The notes: a model not told the origin generated them from the letters alone. A DNA stretch of 32,000 bases from Aeropyrum pernix K1 (GCF_000011125.1 NC_000854.2:1200001-1232000), one strand, 5' to 3'. Counted from the first letter of the stretch, positions 9,319-21,202 are shown. A program made the numbers and translations.

Positions 9319-9945
9319 TTACTTTCTACGCGTGATTCTCGAGTAGACGGCCAACCCGGCTAGCCCTGTAGCCGTGCCCACGGCTATCAGCGCCTGCTCG
9401 GGGGTTCTCGAGTAGCCTTCTATAGTGTAGTGTAGGCTGTAGCCTATCTCGCCTCCTAGAGGTACGGCGACTATGGCTAGGGAGGACCCCGGTTTGAGCC
9501 TGGCCTGGGCTTCCGCCACTCCCGCCTCAGCCTTTATCTCCTCCACAGATCCCACCGTGGGTAGGAGCTGTATCGCCTGCTGGCTCGCCTTGACAACCCC
9601 CCACCCGTATACTATGCCTGCCCTTATGTCGGGCTCTACGTTCCTCCCGGTTATCTCTATGTTTATCGCGGAGAGCGCGTCGAACAGCATCATGGGGTCT
9701 CCAGAGACTGTGAGTAGGTAGGCCCGGGCAACGCCCTCTAGCCTGATCTCAAGTGTGCCGGAGGATGCTGTGGGCATCGCTGCTATAACCGCCGCACCTT
9801 CTGTGCCCACGGGTATGGAGCCGGACCAGCTGCTCTCGGTCTTAACCCCCCATAGGCTGGCGGCTAGGCCTGCCACTATGAGGCTCACTCCCAGCGCCAC
9901 CAGCAGCCTCGAGGCGAGTCCTCCGAGCACTCTCGAGGTTTTCAA
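9319..9945 (-). CDS. Membrane-anchored protein of unknown function, third gene of an ABC exporter module
   Basis: 208 aa with TM helices at both ends and a central soluble domain; overlaps the permease gene by 4 bp. Confidence 0.7.
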   Translation of the reverse strand: MKTSRVLGGLASRLLVALGVSLIVAGLAASLWGVKTESSWSGSIPVGTEGAAVIAAMPTASSGTLEIRLEGVARAYLLTVSGDPMMLFDALSAINIEITGRNVEPDIRAGIVYGWGVVKASQQAIQLLPTVGSVEEIKAEAGVAEAQARLKPGSSLAIVAVPLGGEIGYSLHYTIEGYSRTPEQALIAVGTATGLAGLAVYSRITRRK

Positions 9946-10697
9946 GGCTCAAGCCTCCTTGTGAAGTAGAGTATGGAGGCTGCCGCGGCCGAGAGGGCTA
10001 GGAGGGGGACTAGGAGGGGCTGCCAGGCCTGTATCTCCCCTCCTCCGTAGTGGAGGATGGCGACGCCTGGGAGGTATGATGCTGTCGCCAGCTCCACCAG
10101 TATCTCCCGGCCTGTAACCCTTCCGAGGAGGTAGAGTAGGGTTGAGGCGACCACTATGTATGCGAAGTAGAATGCCACGCTTAGTATACCGCTCGTCCCC
10201 GGGCTCCGTGATGCGAGGGCTATTAGCATGAAGAAGGAGCCGTACATTACAGCCTGCACCGTGTAGGCTGTGAAGGTTGCCAGGTACTCCAGGGGGGAGC
10301 CTAGGGCTACGGGCATCATTACTATGGCGACTGCCACTGTTGGCGCGCCGAGTATGGCCAGGCTTGGCACTAGTACTCTGCTTGTGTATAGGGCTATGGC
10401 TAGGTGGAGTCTGCCTATGGGGTAGGAGGCTATTAGCTGTAGGAGCCCGTTCTCCGCCATACACGTTATACCAGCAGCCCCCCTGAGGGCTAGGAATATT
10501 GTTGCGGCGAAGAGCGTGGGGTCTAGGGCGTAGCTAAGCATGTAGGAGGCGCTTGTGAAGGGCTGTATGACGACTAGCACAGAGGCCAGGCTCCCCACTA
10601 TTATGGCGAGGACGTCGAGGCCCGGGGGCTTGAGTGTGTCCATCAGGTCGACGAGGGCTACTATACCCGCCCTCTTCAGCATGCCCGGCCTGGTCAC
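9942..10697 (-). CDS. ABC-2 type transporter permease
   Basis: 251 aa, about six hydrophobic segments; 4-bp overlap with the upstream ATPase gene. Confidence 0.78.
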   Translation of the reverse strand: MTRPGMLKRAGIVALVDLMDTLKPPGLDVLAIIVGSLASVLVVIQPFTSASYMLSYALDPTLFAATIFLALRGAAGITCMAENGLLQLIASYPIGRLHLAIALYTSRVLVPSLAILGAPTVAVAIVMMPVALGSPLEYLATFTAYTVQAVMYGSFFMLIALASRSPGTSGILSVAFYFAYIVVASTLLYLLGRVTGREILVELATASYLPGVAILHYGGGEIQAWQPLLVPLLALSAAAASILYFTRRLEP

Positions 10698-11650
10698 CCC
10701 GCCATCGCCTCCTCTACACCGGGCTCTACTAGGTCCACGCCGAGGACCTCAACGCCCTCTCTCCCCAGCCTGGCGAGGGCCTCGTAGAATCTGTGGAGCG
10801 GGCCGTCGACCCTGACTACGACTCCCAGCCCGTCCTCCCTGGCCTCGAACCCGAGGCTCCTGAGGAGCTCGGCGGCGAGGCTGGGGTTTGAGGTCCTCAG
10901 CCTGGCGAGCCCGGCCCTCCTGAAGAGGTCCTCCGGGCTCCCCTCGGCCGCGAGCCTGCCGCCCGCCAGCACGTATATCCTGGTGGCGACCCTCAGCAGC
11001 TCTACTATGACGTGGCTTGAGACGAGGAGGGATAGACCATGCTCCCTGTTGAGCCTGGCGAGCAGCCTGAGGACCTCCCTCCTCTCCAGGGGGTCTAGGT
11101 TCGAGGTGGGCTCGTCCGCCACCAGGAACCTGGGCTCCCCTAGGAGCGCGTGGGCTATCGCCGCCCTCTGCTTCAGCCCCGCGCTCAGCTGCGGGAAGGT
11201 CTTCCACTCGTGGCCCTCGAGCCCGGCTGCCCTTATAGCCCAGTCAACCCTGGAGGGGCTGGAGCCGATGATCGCCGCCGCAGACTCGAGGAACTCCACC
11301 ACAGGCATCGATGAGGGCAGGTTGGGCCTCTCGAAGACGACGCCCACGCCCTCCCTAGCCCTGGGCTCCCGCCACGGGTCCAGCCCGTTGAGAAGCACTC
11401 TCCCCCCGTCCCTCCTAGCGAGGCCTAGAGAGACCTTTATCAGAGTGGTCTTCCCGGCCCCGTTGGGACCTACGAGGCCCACGGCCTCCCCGCGGCCCAC
11501 CTCGAGGTCGACACGGTCGAGCACCGGCTGGCCTCTATACTTCTTCACAACACCTCTAGCCTCGAGAACGGTGTCCAAAAACCTTCCCCCGCGACAGCCA
11601 TAGACAGCTAGGTGCCCTTTGGCTGCTTTATCCTGGAGACCCTGCCCCAA
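10694..11650 (-). CDS. ABC transporter ATP-binding protein
   Basis: Walker A GPNGAGKTT, signature LSAGLKQR, Walker B FLVADEPTSNLDP, H-loop SSHV. Confidence 0.93.
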   Translation of the reverse strand: MGQGLQDKAAKGHLAVYGCRGGRFLDTVLEARGVVKKYRGQPVLDRVDLEVGRGEAVGLVGPNGAGKTTLIKVSLGLARRDGGRVLLNGLDPWREPRAREGVGVVFERPNLPSSMPVVEFLESAAAIIGSSPSRVDWAIRAAGLEGHEWKTFPQLSAGLKQRAAIAHALLGEPRFLVADEPTSNLDPLERREVLRLLARLNREHGLSLLVSSHVIVELLRVATRIYVLAGGRLAAEGSPEDLFRRAGLARLRTSNPSLAAELLRSLGFEAREDGLGVVVRVDGPLHRFYEALARLGREGVEVLGVDLVEPGVEEAMAG

Positions 11651-12872
11651 CCATTTTGAGGGAGAGTATTGAGAGGGCCGCCAGGAGTAGGGTGCTCCCG
11701 GCGATCCCCAGCGCTATCCCCTCCAGCCCCATGGCCCCGCTTAGCACTCCCCCGAGGGGTGCTCCCACCGCGACTCCCAGTATGTTGCTGACCTGCTGTA
11801 TGGCTATAGAGGTCCCCCGGGACCATGGGGGGACCGTTATGGCTAGGTAGGTGCTTAGAGTCATTCCAGCCCCTATAAGCGGGCCGTAGAGGGCCGCGAA
11901 CACCAGGACCCCGGGGTGAGATGGGCTCTGGGCTAGTGCTGCGGCGCCCGCGAGGGCCGAGGCTGAAGCGGCTGCCAAGGCTAGGGCGCCGCGCCCAGCG
12001 TCTATAAGCCTGCCCGAGAGGAGGAAGGCTGGCAGTGACGCTATCGAGGCTACCCCTATGGAGAGGCCCGCCAGTGCAGAGGCTTCCTCCTCACCCTCCA
12101 CAACACCCTCCCCCGTCAGGGCTGTCGATAGCCCGCCCACAAGTATGCCGAACCCCAGGTATAGGCTGGCCATGGTTGCCGCGGCGCCTAAGACCTTGAG
12201 CCTGGAGGCCATGAGACCCCTCGCCACTCCAGCCCTCCTGGCGATGCCCGAGTCCCTGTAGGGTAGCGCCACGGCGGCTGCCGTGCCGATGGCTAGTATT
12301 AGGGAGAGGAGCCTTAGGGCGTTCTGGAAGCCCAACATCTCGACGGCCCTGCCCCCAGCCGCCGAGCCTAGGGCCACCCCGGCGCCTATTACCGCTAGGT
12401 AGCGGCCTGCGGCGTAGCCCTCGCCACCCCTCCTGCTCGTGTCGCCAACTATGGAGAAGAAGGCGGGGTAGACTAGGCTGCCCCCGATGGCGTGGAGGCC
12501 CCTGTAGAGGGCTAGCTCTCCCGGTGTTGAGGCTGTGGTGTATAGCGTTACCGCTAGGGTGTCCCAGGCGAGGCCGGCTATGAGGGCCTTCTTCCTCCCC
12601 ACCTTATCCACGACAATCCCCGCCGCTATGCTGGCTGGTATGGCGGCCATGCTGTAGAGGCCGGCTATGAAGCCGGCCTCAGCCTTCGACGCGCCGAGGT
12701 GCTCTGCGTACGCTGCCACAACCCCTAGGAGGAACGCCGTGTCCATTAGTCCTGCGAAGCCTGCTAAGGCGAGGAGGAGGCTACCCCTTCCCCCCAGCCC
12801 GGGCAGCGCCAACCCTGCCTCGACCCCGCGGGAGGGCTGCGGTAGCCTGCTAGCCGTGGAGCGCCTCTGCAA
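11628..12872 (-). CDS. Major facilitator superfamily transporter
   Basis: 414 aa, ~12 hydrophobic segments, MFS A-motif-like GIVVDKVGRKKAL. Confidence 0.85.
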   Translation of the reverse strand: MQRRSTASRLPQPSRGVEAGLALPGLGGRGSLLLALAGFAGLMDTAFLLGVVAAYAEHLGASKAEAGFIAGLYSMAAIPASIAAGIVVDKVGRKKALIAGLAWDTLAVTLYTTASTPGELALYRGLHAIGGSLVYPAFFSIVGDTSRRGGEGYAAGRYLAVIGAGVALGSAAGGRAVEMLGFQNALRLLSLILAIGTAAAVALPYRDSGIARRAGVARGLMASRLKVLGAAATMASLYLGFGILVGGLSTALTGEGVVEGEEEASALAGLSIGVASIASLPAFLLSGRLIDAGRGALALAAASASALAGAAALAQSPSHPGVLVFAALYGPLIGAGMTLSTYLAITVPPWSRGTSIAIQQVSNILGVAVGAPLGGVLSGAMGLEGIALGIAGSTLLLAALSILSLKMVGAGSPG

Positions 12873-14175
12873 CTCGCCTGTAGAACTCTACAGCGGCCTC
12901 CAGCTGCCTTATCTCGACGTACTCGTCGGGGCCGTGCACGTTCCCCCCGAGGGGTCCATAGTCTATGGCCTGGGAGCCCCTCGGGCTGAAGTACCTGCTG
13001 TCGCTGGCCCCGGCCGCCTCCCGGGGCTCCCCGGGGAGGCCTAGGGACTGGTTCACCCTTAGGGCGAGCTTGACCAGCTCTGCACTGCTGGGGGTGTAGA
13101 GGTAGCCCCCTCCCCCGGTAACCCTGTACTCCCACTCCACACGGGAGCCGAGGCTCTCCTCTAGGCTTCTGGCCACTGCCTCGTCGACAGCAGCCGGGTC
13201 CCCGGTCATGGCCCTGACGTCGACAATAACCTCATGCCAGCCCTCCGCAAGCCTGTAGACGTTGGGTGTGGCGGTGACGCCGTAGTCGCTGTAGAGGAGC
13301 CTGCCTGGGGTTATGCGGGAGAGTGGTATGAGGCTTTTCAGCAGGGCTGTTAGGCCGGGGTCGTAGACACCATGCCCTCCGCCCCCGGGCTCTAGGGCCT
13401 CTAGCTCGACGCTAGCGGGGAGGACGTTGCTCTTCACCCACTCGCCGCTGAGGCTTGAGGCGAGCAGGCCGGCCTCCCTGACCAGGGCGGCCGCGGTTAG
13501 TAGGGGGTGGCTGTCGACGCCGGGTATGAAGTAGGCTGCGTGCCTCGTCGGCCTCCCCCTCACCTCCAGACCCAGCCTCATAACACGCCTCGAAACACCC
13601 TCGGCGTCAGCCCTCTCAGCCCTAACCCTTACTATGGCGTTGAAAACGTTCCTCCTCCTAGTTATCACCGCCCCCATGCTCCCGTCGCCATTGACAACAT
13701 AGTCAGGCCACAAACCCTCAGACCTGAGCCTCCCCGCCAGCCACCCAGCACCCCTCTCCCCGCCTATCTCCTCATCCCCTGTGAAAGCTATGATGACAGT
13801 CCCGCGGCCGGGCTCGAAGCCGGAGAGGGCGAGGGATATGGCGGCCACGTTGGACTTATCGTCAGCAGCGCCCCTGCCGTAGAGCCTGCCACCCTTAACC
13901 ACGGGCTTGAAAGGCTCGGTAACCCTCCACCCTGGCCCCGGGGGGACCACGTCGAAGTGGGCCATGAAGAGGGTTACAGGCCTCCCCGAGCCCGCCATGT
14001 AGAGGAGTATGGGCACGCCCTCATTCTCCACAAGCTCCATGTCAAGCCCTGCATGCTCCCTCACAGCACGCCTAACCTCCTCGGCCTCGCCAACACCAAC
14101 CAGCCTACCAGCGGAAGGGTCGTTTACACTCTCAACCTCAACTAGACTAGAAAGAAACTCCACTACACCAGCCAC
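12850..14175 (-). CDS. M20 family metallopeptidase (DapE/ArgE/dipeptidase-like)
   Basis: Motifs MAHFDVVPPG, YGRGAADDKS, FTGDEEIGGERG, SDSRYF. Confidence 0.88.
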   Translation of the reverse strand: MAGVVEFLSSLVEVESVNDPSAGRLVGVGEAEEVRRAVREHAGLDMELVENEGVPILLYMAGSGRPVTLFMAHFDVVPPGPGWRVTEPFKPVVKGGRLYGRGAADDKSNVAAISLALSGFEPGRGTVIIAFTGDEEIGGERGAGWLAGRLRSEGLWPDYVVNGDGSMGAVITRRRNVFNAIVRVRAERADAEGVSRRVMRLGLEVRGRPTRHAAYFIPGVDSHPLLTAAALVREAGLLASSLSGEWVKSNVLPASVELEALEPGGGGHGVYDPGLTALLKSLIPLSRITPGRLLYSDYGVTATPNVYRLAEGWHEVIVDVRAMTGDPAAVDEAVARSLEESLGSRVEWEYRVTGGGGYLYTPSSAELVKLALRVNQSLGLPGEPREAAGASDSRYFSPRGSQAIDYGPLGGNVHGPDEYVEIRQLEAAVEFYRRVAEALHG

Positions 14176-14221
14176 CGGACTGCACCAGGTGGGAACAGAG
14201 CGTGCCGCGGGTTGTTAAAGC

Positions 14222-14247
14222 TAGAGTATAGCCTAGGCTATACTCTA
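14222..14247. promoter_or_regulatory. 26-bp perfect palindrome upstream of the M20 gene
   Basis: TAGAGTATAGCCTAGGCTATACTCTA is its own reverse complement. Confidence 0.6.
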
Positions 14248-14799
14248 CAATGACTACTGCGTAAATAGCCGGGAGAAGAAGAGGGAAGGCGAGCGCCGCC
14301 TCCATCCACCAGCGAGGGACAGCCGAGGGCGCACGGGGCGCCACAGTCAGAGCAGCAGAGCCACTCCCCCAGCGCTCCCCACCCCAGGGAGCCGCCAAGG
14401 CCCCACACCAGAGGCCGCCGGGCCCTCTGGACCCCGCTCAGGGGCGGACAGCGCAGCCATACACCATGCTGCCCGCCCCCAGGCGAGCAGCCTACGGCCT
14501 CGGGCGATTGGGAGCGGCGGGCTACACCCCTCGAGGGCTAAGCCCCCTCGGGGCTCACACCCCCGCCCCATCAACCCCGTCTTCTACGGGAGCCCTCGTG
14601 GACGCCGGCACCAGGCCGGCGCCCAACGGCCGCCTCTTTTCGGGGAGGGGTTCCCGCTTAGATGCTTTCAGCGGTTACCCCCTACGGCTTAGCTGCCCGG
14701 CGTTGCCCACCAGGACAACCGGTACACCAGAGGCCGCGGCGCCCCGTTCCTCTCGTACTAAGGGCACCTTCCCCTCAGGCGGCCCACACCCCCCGCGGG

Positions 14800-14838
<39 letters not shown>

Positions 14839-15479
14839 ACGTTCCCCTTTAATGGGCGGGCAGCCCCACCCTTGGGGGCTGCTGCACCCCCAGGATGGGA
14901 AGAGCCGACATCGAGGTAGCAAACCGCGGGGTCGATGGGGGCTCTCGCCCGCGACGACTCTGTTATCCCCGGGGTAACTTTTCTGTCGTGCCCGGCCCCC
15001 ACCGAGGGGGCACGAGCGTGCGCTAGGCCACGGTTTCCCGGCCGGACCCCTTGCTTTCAGGGGTCCGGTCAGGCCGGCTTTTGCCCTTGCACTCTACGGC
15101 GGAGTTCTGACCCGCCTGAGCCGACCTTTGGGCGCCCGTGTTACCCTTTCGCGGGCGTGCCGCCCCAGCCAAACCGCCCACCCGACGCTGTCCCCCGCCC
15201 ACCCGGGGCGGGGTTAGGCCCCCGGGCGGGGGTGGGTGGTGTTTCATGGACGCCTCCCCACCCCCCGGAGAGGGTGGCTCATCGGCTCCCACCTACGCTA
15301 CGCACCCCCGCCCGGGGGCCAACGCCGGGCTGCGGTAAAGCTCCACGGGGTCTTCTCTCCCTGCGGGGGGATGCCGGACTGTGCATCGGCTCAGGGGGTT
15401 CACGGGGCCCCGGGCCAGGACAGTGGGGACCTCGTTGACCCGTTCATGCGCGCCGGAACTTACCCGGCAAGGCATTTGG

Positions 15480-15983
15480 CTACCTTTCTCCCGGGGGCTC
15501 CACCGCCTTATCACAAGGAATAATCTTCAAAATTTCTTCTAGCGAGCGTTTTCGCTTAGACTTTTTATTTAGGCTAGATAGGGAGTACGATTTCAATACC
15601 AAGTCTCTTATGACGCAGCACTCGACTCGTCTATATTTCATTCGGGTTAACGTTAATACAATCTCACGGAACATCTCGAATCCTCTTTTCTTGACGATTA
15701 ATGGTAGACGATCCAATTTAGGGATTAGACAATCAGCAAGAGCCTCTAGCCTATCAACCACATATAATGTTAGATGTTCTTGACCTGGTTTCGGCATCAA
15801 CCTGCCACAGCCAAAGTAGTTTTTCACCACGTTTAACACGTCTTTGCTGTCTTGTGTTATACTGAACACAGGATCGACGCGCACACGACATCTTAGATCC
15901 TCTTGAATTTTTATGCTTACTGAGAGGCTAGCTTCGGCATCTATTATTCCCGCCACATATCCCTCCAGTAGACACTGATCCAC
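15480..15983 (-). CDS. LAGLIDADG homing endonuclease, single motif
   Basis: 167 aa, GTG start, motif YVAGIIDAEASLSVSI; TAG stop lies in exon GGTAGCC. Confidence 0.88.
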   Translation of the reverse strand: MDQCLLEGYVAGIIDAEASLSVSIKIQEDLRCRVRVDPVFSITQDSKDVLNVVKNYFGCGRLMPKPGQEHLTLYVVDRLEALADCLIPKLDRLPLIVKKRGFEMFREIVLTLTRMKYRRVECCVIRDLVLKSYSLSSLNKKSKRKRSLEEILKIIPCDKAVEPPGER

Positions 15984-16058
15984 TCTAATCTATCCTCAAT
16001 AAGAAGCCAAGAAACCAAAACCCTAATATATACTGTGACTGGCGGTGGATAACCCCCG
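15485..16058 (-). other. Archaeal (BHB-type) 23S rRNA intron with LAGLIDADG ORF, site equivalent to E. coli ~1927
   Basis: Interrupts CTCTTAA|GGTAGCC; ends pair as GGGGG..CCACCGCC / GGCGGTGG..CCCCC; about 574 bp; visibly AT-richer than the flanks. The junction can slide by up to two bases because of shared A residues. Confidence 0.93.
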
Positions 16059-16912
16059 TTAAGAGAGTCAGGGTTACTCCCGGCCTTCAGCGGCGCTTCG
16101 CCGGGTTGTACCCCGGTTTCACGGACCGCCAGTGGCCAGGGCTCACCCCCCGTACACACCCTTTTCGGGCTAGCGGGGAGCTATGTTTTTGTTAAACAGT
16201 CAGGCCCCCCTAGGCACTGCGACCTGCGGTCCCAGGGTTCGAGCCCCAGGACCGCAGGCACCCCTTCTCCCGAAGTTACGGGGCCAATTTGCCGAGTTCC
16301 CTGGCCCGGGTTAGCCCCCAGACGCCTTGGGCTGCTCACCCAGGGGCACCTGTGTCGGTTCTCGGTACGGGCGCGGGGGATCCTTCCCCACCCCCTTTTC
16401 AAGGGCCCCAGGGGTCGGCGGAACCCGCCATAGGCGGGCCATTCCCCCCTTCGGCCGGTTCTCGCCGTTACGGCACTCCCCGGCCTTCGGCAGGTTAGCC
16501 GGGTCGCCCCCCTAAGGGGGCCCCCGGTCCGCCTACCCCGAGGCGTCGGGGGTGGGGCCTTGCGTTGCCGCGAAGCGTACCCCCGCGGCACGGGAATGTT
16601 AACCCGTTTCCCCTTCCCGGGATCCGTGTTACGGTCCCGGTTAGGACCGGCTGACCCCCGGCTGACGACCATTGCCGGGGAACCCTTGCCCTTTCCGGCG
16701 GCGGGGATTCTCACCCCGCTTCGCTGTTACTACCGCCGGGATCCGCGCTCGGGGCGGCTCCACCGGACCTCGCGGCCCGGCTTCTACGCCACCCCGACGC
16801 CCGCCTACCGCACGCGGCTCCATCGGAGCCGCGGCCCGGGGTCTCGGCGGCCGGCTTAAGCCCCGACCAATCTTCGGGGCCCCCCGCCTCGGCGGGTGAG
16901 CTGTTACGCACT

Positions 16913-17114
16913 CCCTCTCCGGCGGGCACCCCACCCAAAGGGAAATAATAATTAGCATGACCAAACTTCGTTAAGAGTCTAAATGCACGCCCTGACTTCT
17001 GAGGATGCCTAAATCCTATTAGACTAGTACCTTCTACCCTATCCTGGCATGAACTACAAAATGTAATACTAAGATTCAGTTAAACCCAGCACCTGGAAGG
17101 GTGAGGTAACCCGC
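16913..17114 (-). other. Archaeal (BHB-type) 23S rRNA intron, 202 bp, no ORF, site equivalent to E. coli ~1085
   Basis: Interrupts CTCTAAAG|AGTGCGTAACAGC; GGCGGG...CACCC at the 5' end pairs with GGGTG...CCCGCC at the 3' end. Confidence 0.93.
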
Positions 17115-17789
17115 CTTTAGAGGATGGCTGCTGTTAGGCCCACCTCCCCGCTGTCTTAGGCGGGGGACGCCCTTTGGCTTGGCACTTAGCCGGCACTTAG
17201 GGGCCTTAACCCCGGTCTGGGTTGTTCCCCTCTCGGCCCCCGGGCTTACCCCGGGGAACCCCACTCCCGCCATCTACGGCGGCCGCAGGTTCGGAGTTTG
17301 ACTGGGCGCCGGGGGCTTTACGCCCCCTGCACGCCCAATCAGTAGCTCTACCCCACGGCCCGGCCTCCGGCGGGGCTGGCCTGCGAGCCACTTCGGCGGG
17401 AACCAGCTATCTTCCGGGCTAGATTGGCCTTTCACCCCTAGACGGGGGTCAGGGGAGCGATTTGCACGTCAGCACCCTTGCGGGCCTCCACCGGGGTTTC
17501 CCCCGGCTTCGCCCTGCCCCCGCCTAGATCGCCCGGTTTCTGGTCTCACGGCCGTGACTCCGGGCCCTATTAGGACCCCGCCCCTCGCCGGGGTCGCCCC
17601 CGGCTGCGGGCCTGTCGGTTTCCCTGCGCCTACGGGGTTGACCCCCTTAAGCTCGCCACGGCCGTGAACTCCCCGGCCCGTGTTTCAAGACGGACGGTGC
17701 GACCCCGGTCCATCCCCCTCGTACTCCCCGGTCGCCCGGGTTTCCTTCGGGGGTTTCACCCCTTTCGGGCCGCACCGTATGTCGCCGCC

Positions 17790-17868
<79 letters not shown>

Positions 17869-18712
17869 GGACGTATTTAGCCTTGGAAGTCGGTTCCTCC
17901 CAGCTTCCCACGGCAATACCAAGCCGTGGTACTCTGCCCTGCGGCACGGGCCCCCACGGTTTCGCCTACGGGGCTATCACCCTCTACGGCGGGGCATTCC
18001 AGCCCACTTCGGCTACCGTGGGTCGGCCCGCCGGGGCTCGAAGCCCCAGCCGCAGGGCCGCAACCCCTCATCCCCCCACGGTCCTCCCGTGGGGGATTGG
18101 TTTGGGCTCTCCCCCTTTCGGTCGCCCCTACTCAGGGGATCCCTGTTGGTTTCTTCTCCTCCCCCTACTCAGATGCTTCCTTTCGGGGGGTTCCCGCCCC
18201 CAAACGGGGGCGCTGCGGGCTCTTCGCCCGCAGCGGGAAGTCCCATTCGGGGATCCCGGGTTCGACGGCTGCCTGCGCCTACCCCGGGCTTATCGCAGCT
18301 TGCCACGCCCTTCCTCGGCGCCCGAGCCGAGCCATCCCCCGGGCGGCATAGGTGCCGTAGGCCCGCCTGGGCGGGGCCCCTAGGGCCCGGCGGCCTGCAG
18401 GGTACAGGCGCACCGGCAGCCCCCCAAGGCAGGGAGCGCTGTCTAGGGCGGCTCTGTGCCCGCACGGGCACCCCGGACCCTCGGCTGCCCCCGCTGGTGG
18501 ATGGAGGCGGCGCTCACAGCAGGGCCCCCGGGGCAAGACTGCGGCACGCGCAGTAGCACCCCGGGCTAGCCCCCTCGCGCCCTTCGCCCAGGAGCCCACG
18601 GCTCCTGAGCTGCATCCCAAAGGCTAAACACAAGCATAAAGGGCTCTAGGACGGCGCCCACACCCCCTCACAGGCCTTTCACGAGCCCGCCCCCGGCTGC
18701 CGCCTAGCTTCG

Positions 18713-18771
<59 letters not shown>

Positions 18772-18843
18772 GGGGGAGGGGGTTCGACCCCCTCCCGGCG
18801 GAGAGGGCCTCACCCCCTCCCCCCTCGGGTGGAGCGACGGGCA

Positions 18844-18880
<37 letters not shown>

Positions 18881-19135
18881 GATGACGCGCGGTTACTAGG
18901 GATTCCACGTTCACGAGGGCGAGTTGCAGCCCTCGATCCCAACTGAGGCGGGGTTTGAGGGATTGCCTCCCCCTTTCGGGGTCGGCACCCGCTGTCCCCG
19001 CCATTGTAGCCCGCGTGCAGCCCGGGGGTTTAGGGGCATGCTGACCTGCCGTTGCCCCCTCCTTCCTCCGCCTTAGCGGCGGCAGTCCCCCTAGTGTGCC
19101 CCCCGGGTCGCCCCGGGGATGGCAACTAGGGGCGG

Positions 19136-19166
<31 letters not shown>

Positions 19167-19284
19167 ACCTCACGGCACGAGCTGGCGACGGCCATGCATC
19201 TCCCCTCAGCGCGTCGGGCAAGGCCTTCAGCCTGGCCGTCATCCTGCTGTCGCCCCCGGTGGAGGTTCCCGGCGTTGACTCCAA

Positions 19285-19953
<669 letters not shown>

Positions 19954-20142
19954 TTGAAGCCCCAAACTATCAAGAGTTTGTAATACTATATCACAACCAT
20001 TCATGCCATTACGAGAAGACCCCTCCCGCGGACCTTTCAGCCTTGCGGCCGTACTCCCCAGGCGGCGGGCTTAACGGCTTCCCTGCGGCACTGGGCGGGC
20101 TCGCACGCCCGCCCAACACCTAGCCCGCATCGTTTACAGCCG

Positions 20143-20207
<65 letters not shown>

Positions 20208-20400
20208 CAGCCGAGCGCCTTCGCCACTGGTGGTCCTCCCGGGATTAATGGATTTCGCCCCTACCCCGGGAGTACCCTCGGCCTCTCCCGCCCCCTAGCC
20301 CGACAGTATCCCCGCCACTCCCCGGGTTGAGCCCGGGGCTTTAGGCGGGGACTTGTCGAGCCGGCTACGGGCGCTTTAGGCCCAGTAAGCACCCCGACCG

Positions 20401-20437
<37 letters not shown>

Positions 20438-20538
20438 TCTTGCCCCCCGCTTATTCCCCCGCCTACTTACAGCGGGGAAAAGCCCCCCCAAGGGGGGCAC
20501 TCGGGGTAGCCCCGTCACGGTTGCCCGCATTGCGGAGT

Positions 20539-20588
<50 letters not shown>

Positions 20589-20589
20589 T

Positions 20590-20622
<33 letters not shown>

Positions 20623-20801
20623 CGTAGGCTTGGCGGGCCATTACCCCGCCAACTACCGTGATGGGCCGCAGCCCCATCCTCGGGCGGACCGCGGGCGATA
20701 ACCCCCCGCGGCCCCTTTCGGCGGAGGACCCTTCCAGGCACCCCCCGCCTATCGGGGATTAGCCCCAGTTTCCCGAGGGGTTATCCCCGTCCCGAGGGTA
20801 G

Positions 20802-20836
<35 letters not shown>

Positions 20837-20921
20837 CGCAGCGGCGGGGCGTTCGACTCCCATGGCTTAGCCCTACCCCGATAGCGGTCGGGTCCGGCAG
20901 GATCAACCGGAGTTACGGCCG

Positions 20922-20952
20922 CGGCTGGCCGCGACCCCTAGGCGGCCAGCCG
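20922..20952 (-). other. rRNA leader hairpin abutting the 16S 5' end
   Basis: Perfect 11-bp inverted repeat CGGCTGGCCGC (20922-20932) / GCGGCCAGCCG (20942-20952), 9-nt loop. Confidence 0.6.
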
Positions 20953-21202
20953 AGGGCGGAGAGGCTAGTCGCGGGCCCAGAGGGGGAGGGGGAGCCTCCT
21001 GTGGGCTCCCCTGGCGTGGGGCGGCTATAAGGGCCGCCCTCCCCTAAGGGGCGCCGTCCTAGAGCCCTGTCGAGCCCGAACTTCCCCGGGGTAGTCGCCC
21101 GGGGGTGTTCGGGCCCCCACTTAGCCAAGCGTCAAGGGCACCGCCGCTGCTACGAGGCTTGCGGGGCGGCGGTGCCGAATACTAGTCTAGAGTCCGGAGG
21201 GT

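Noticed and set aside
14180-14530. Possible 5S rRNA downstream of 23S
   Set aside because: No archaeal 5S signature seen; 5S is probably encoded elsewhere.
18366-18710. Possible spacer tRNA between 16S and 23S
   Set aside because: No T-arm/anticodon-arm pattern could be found on the minus strand; the spacer appears to lack a tRNA.
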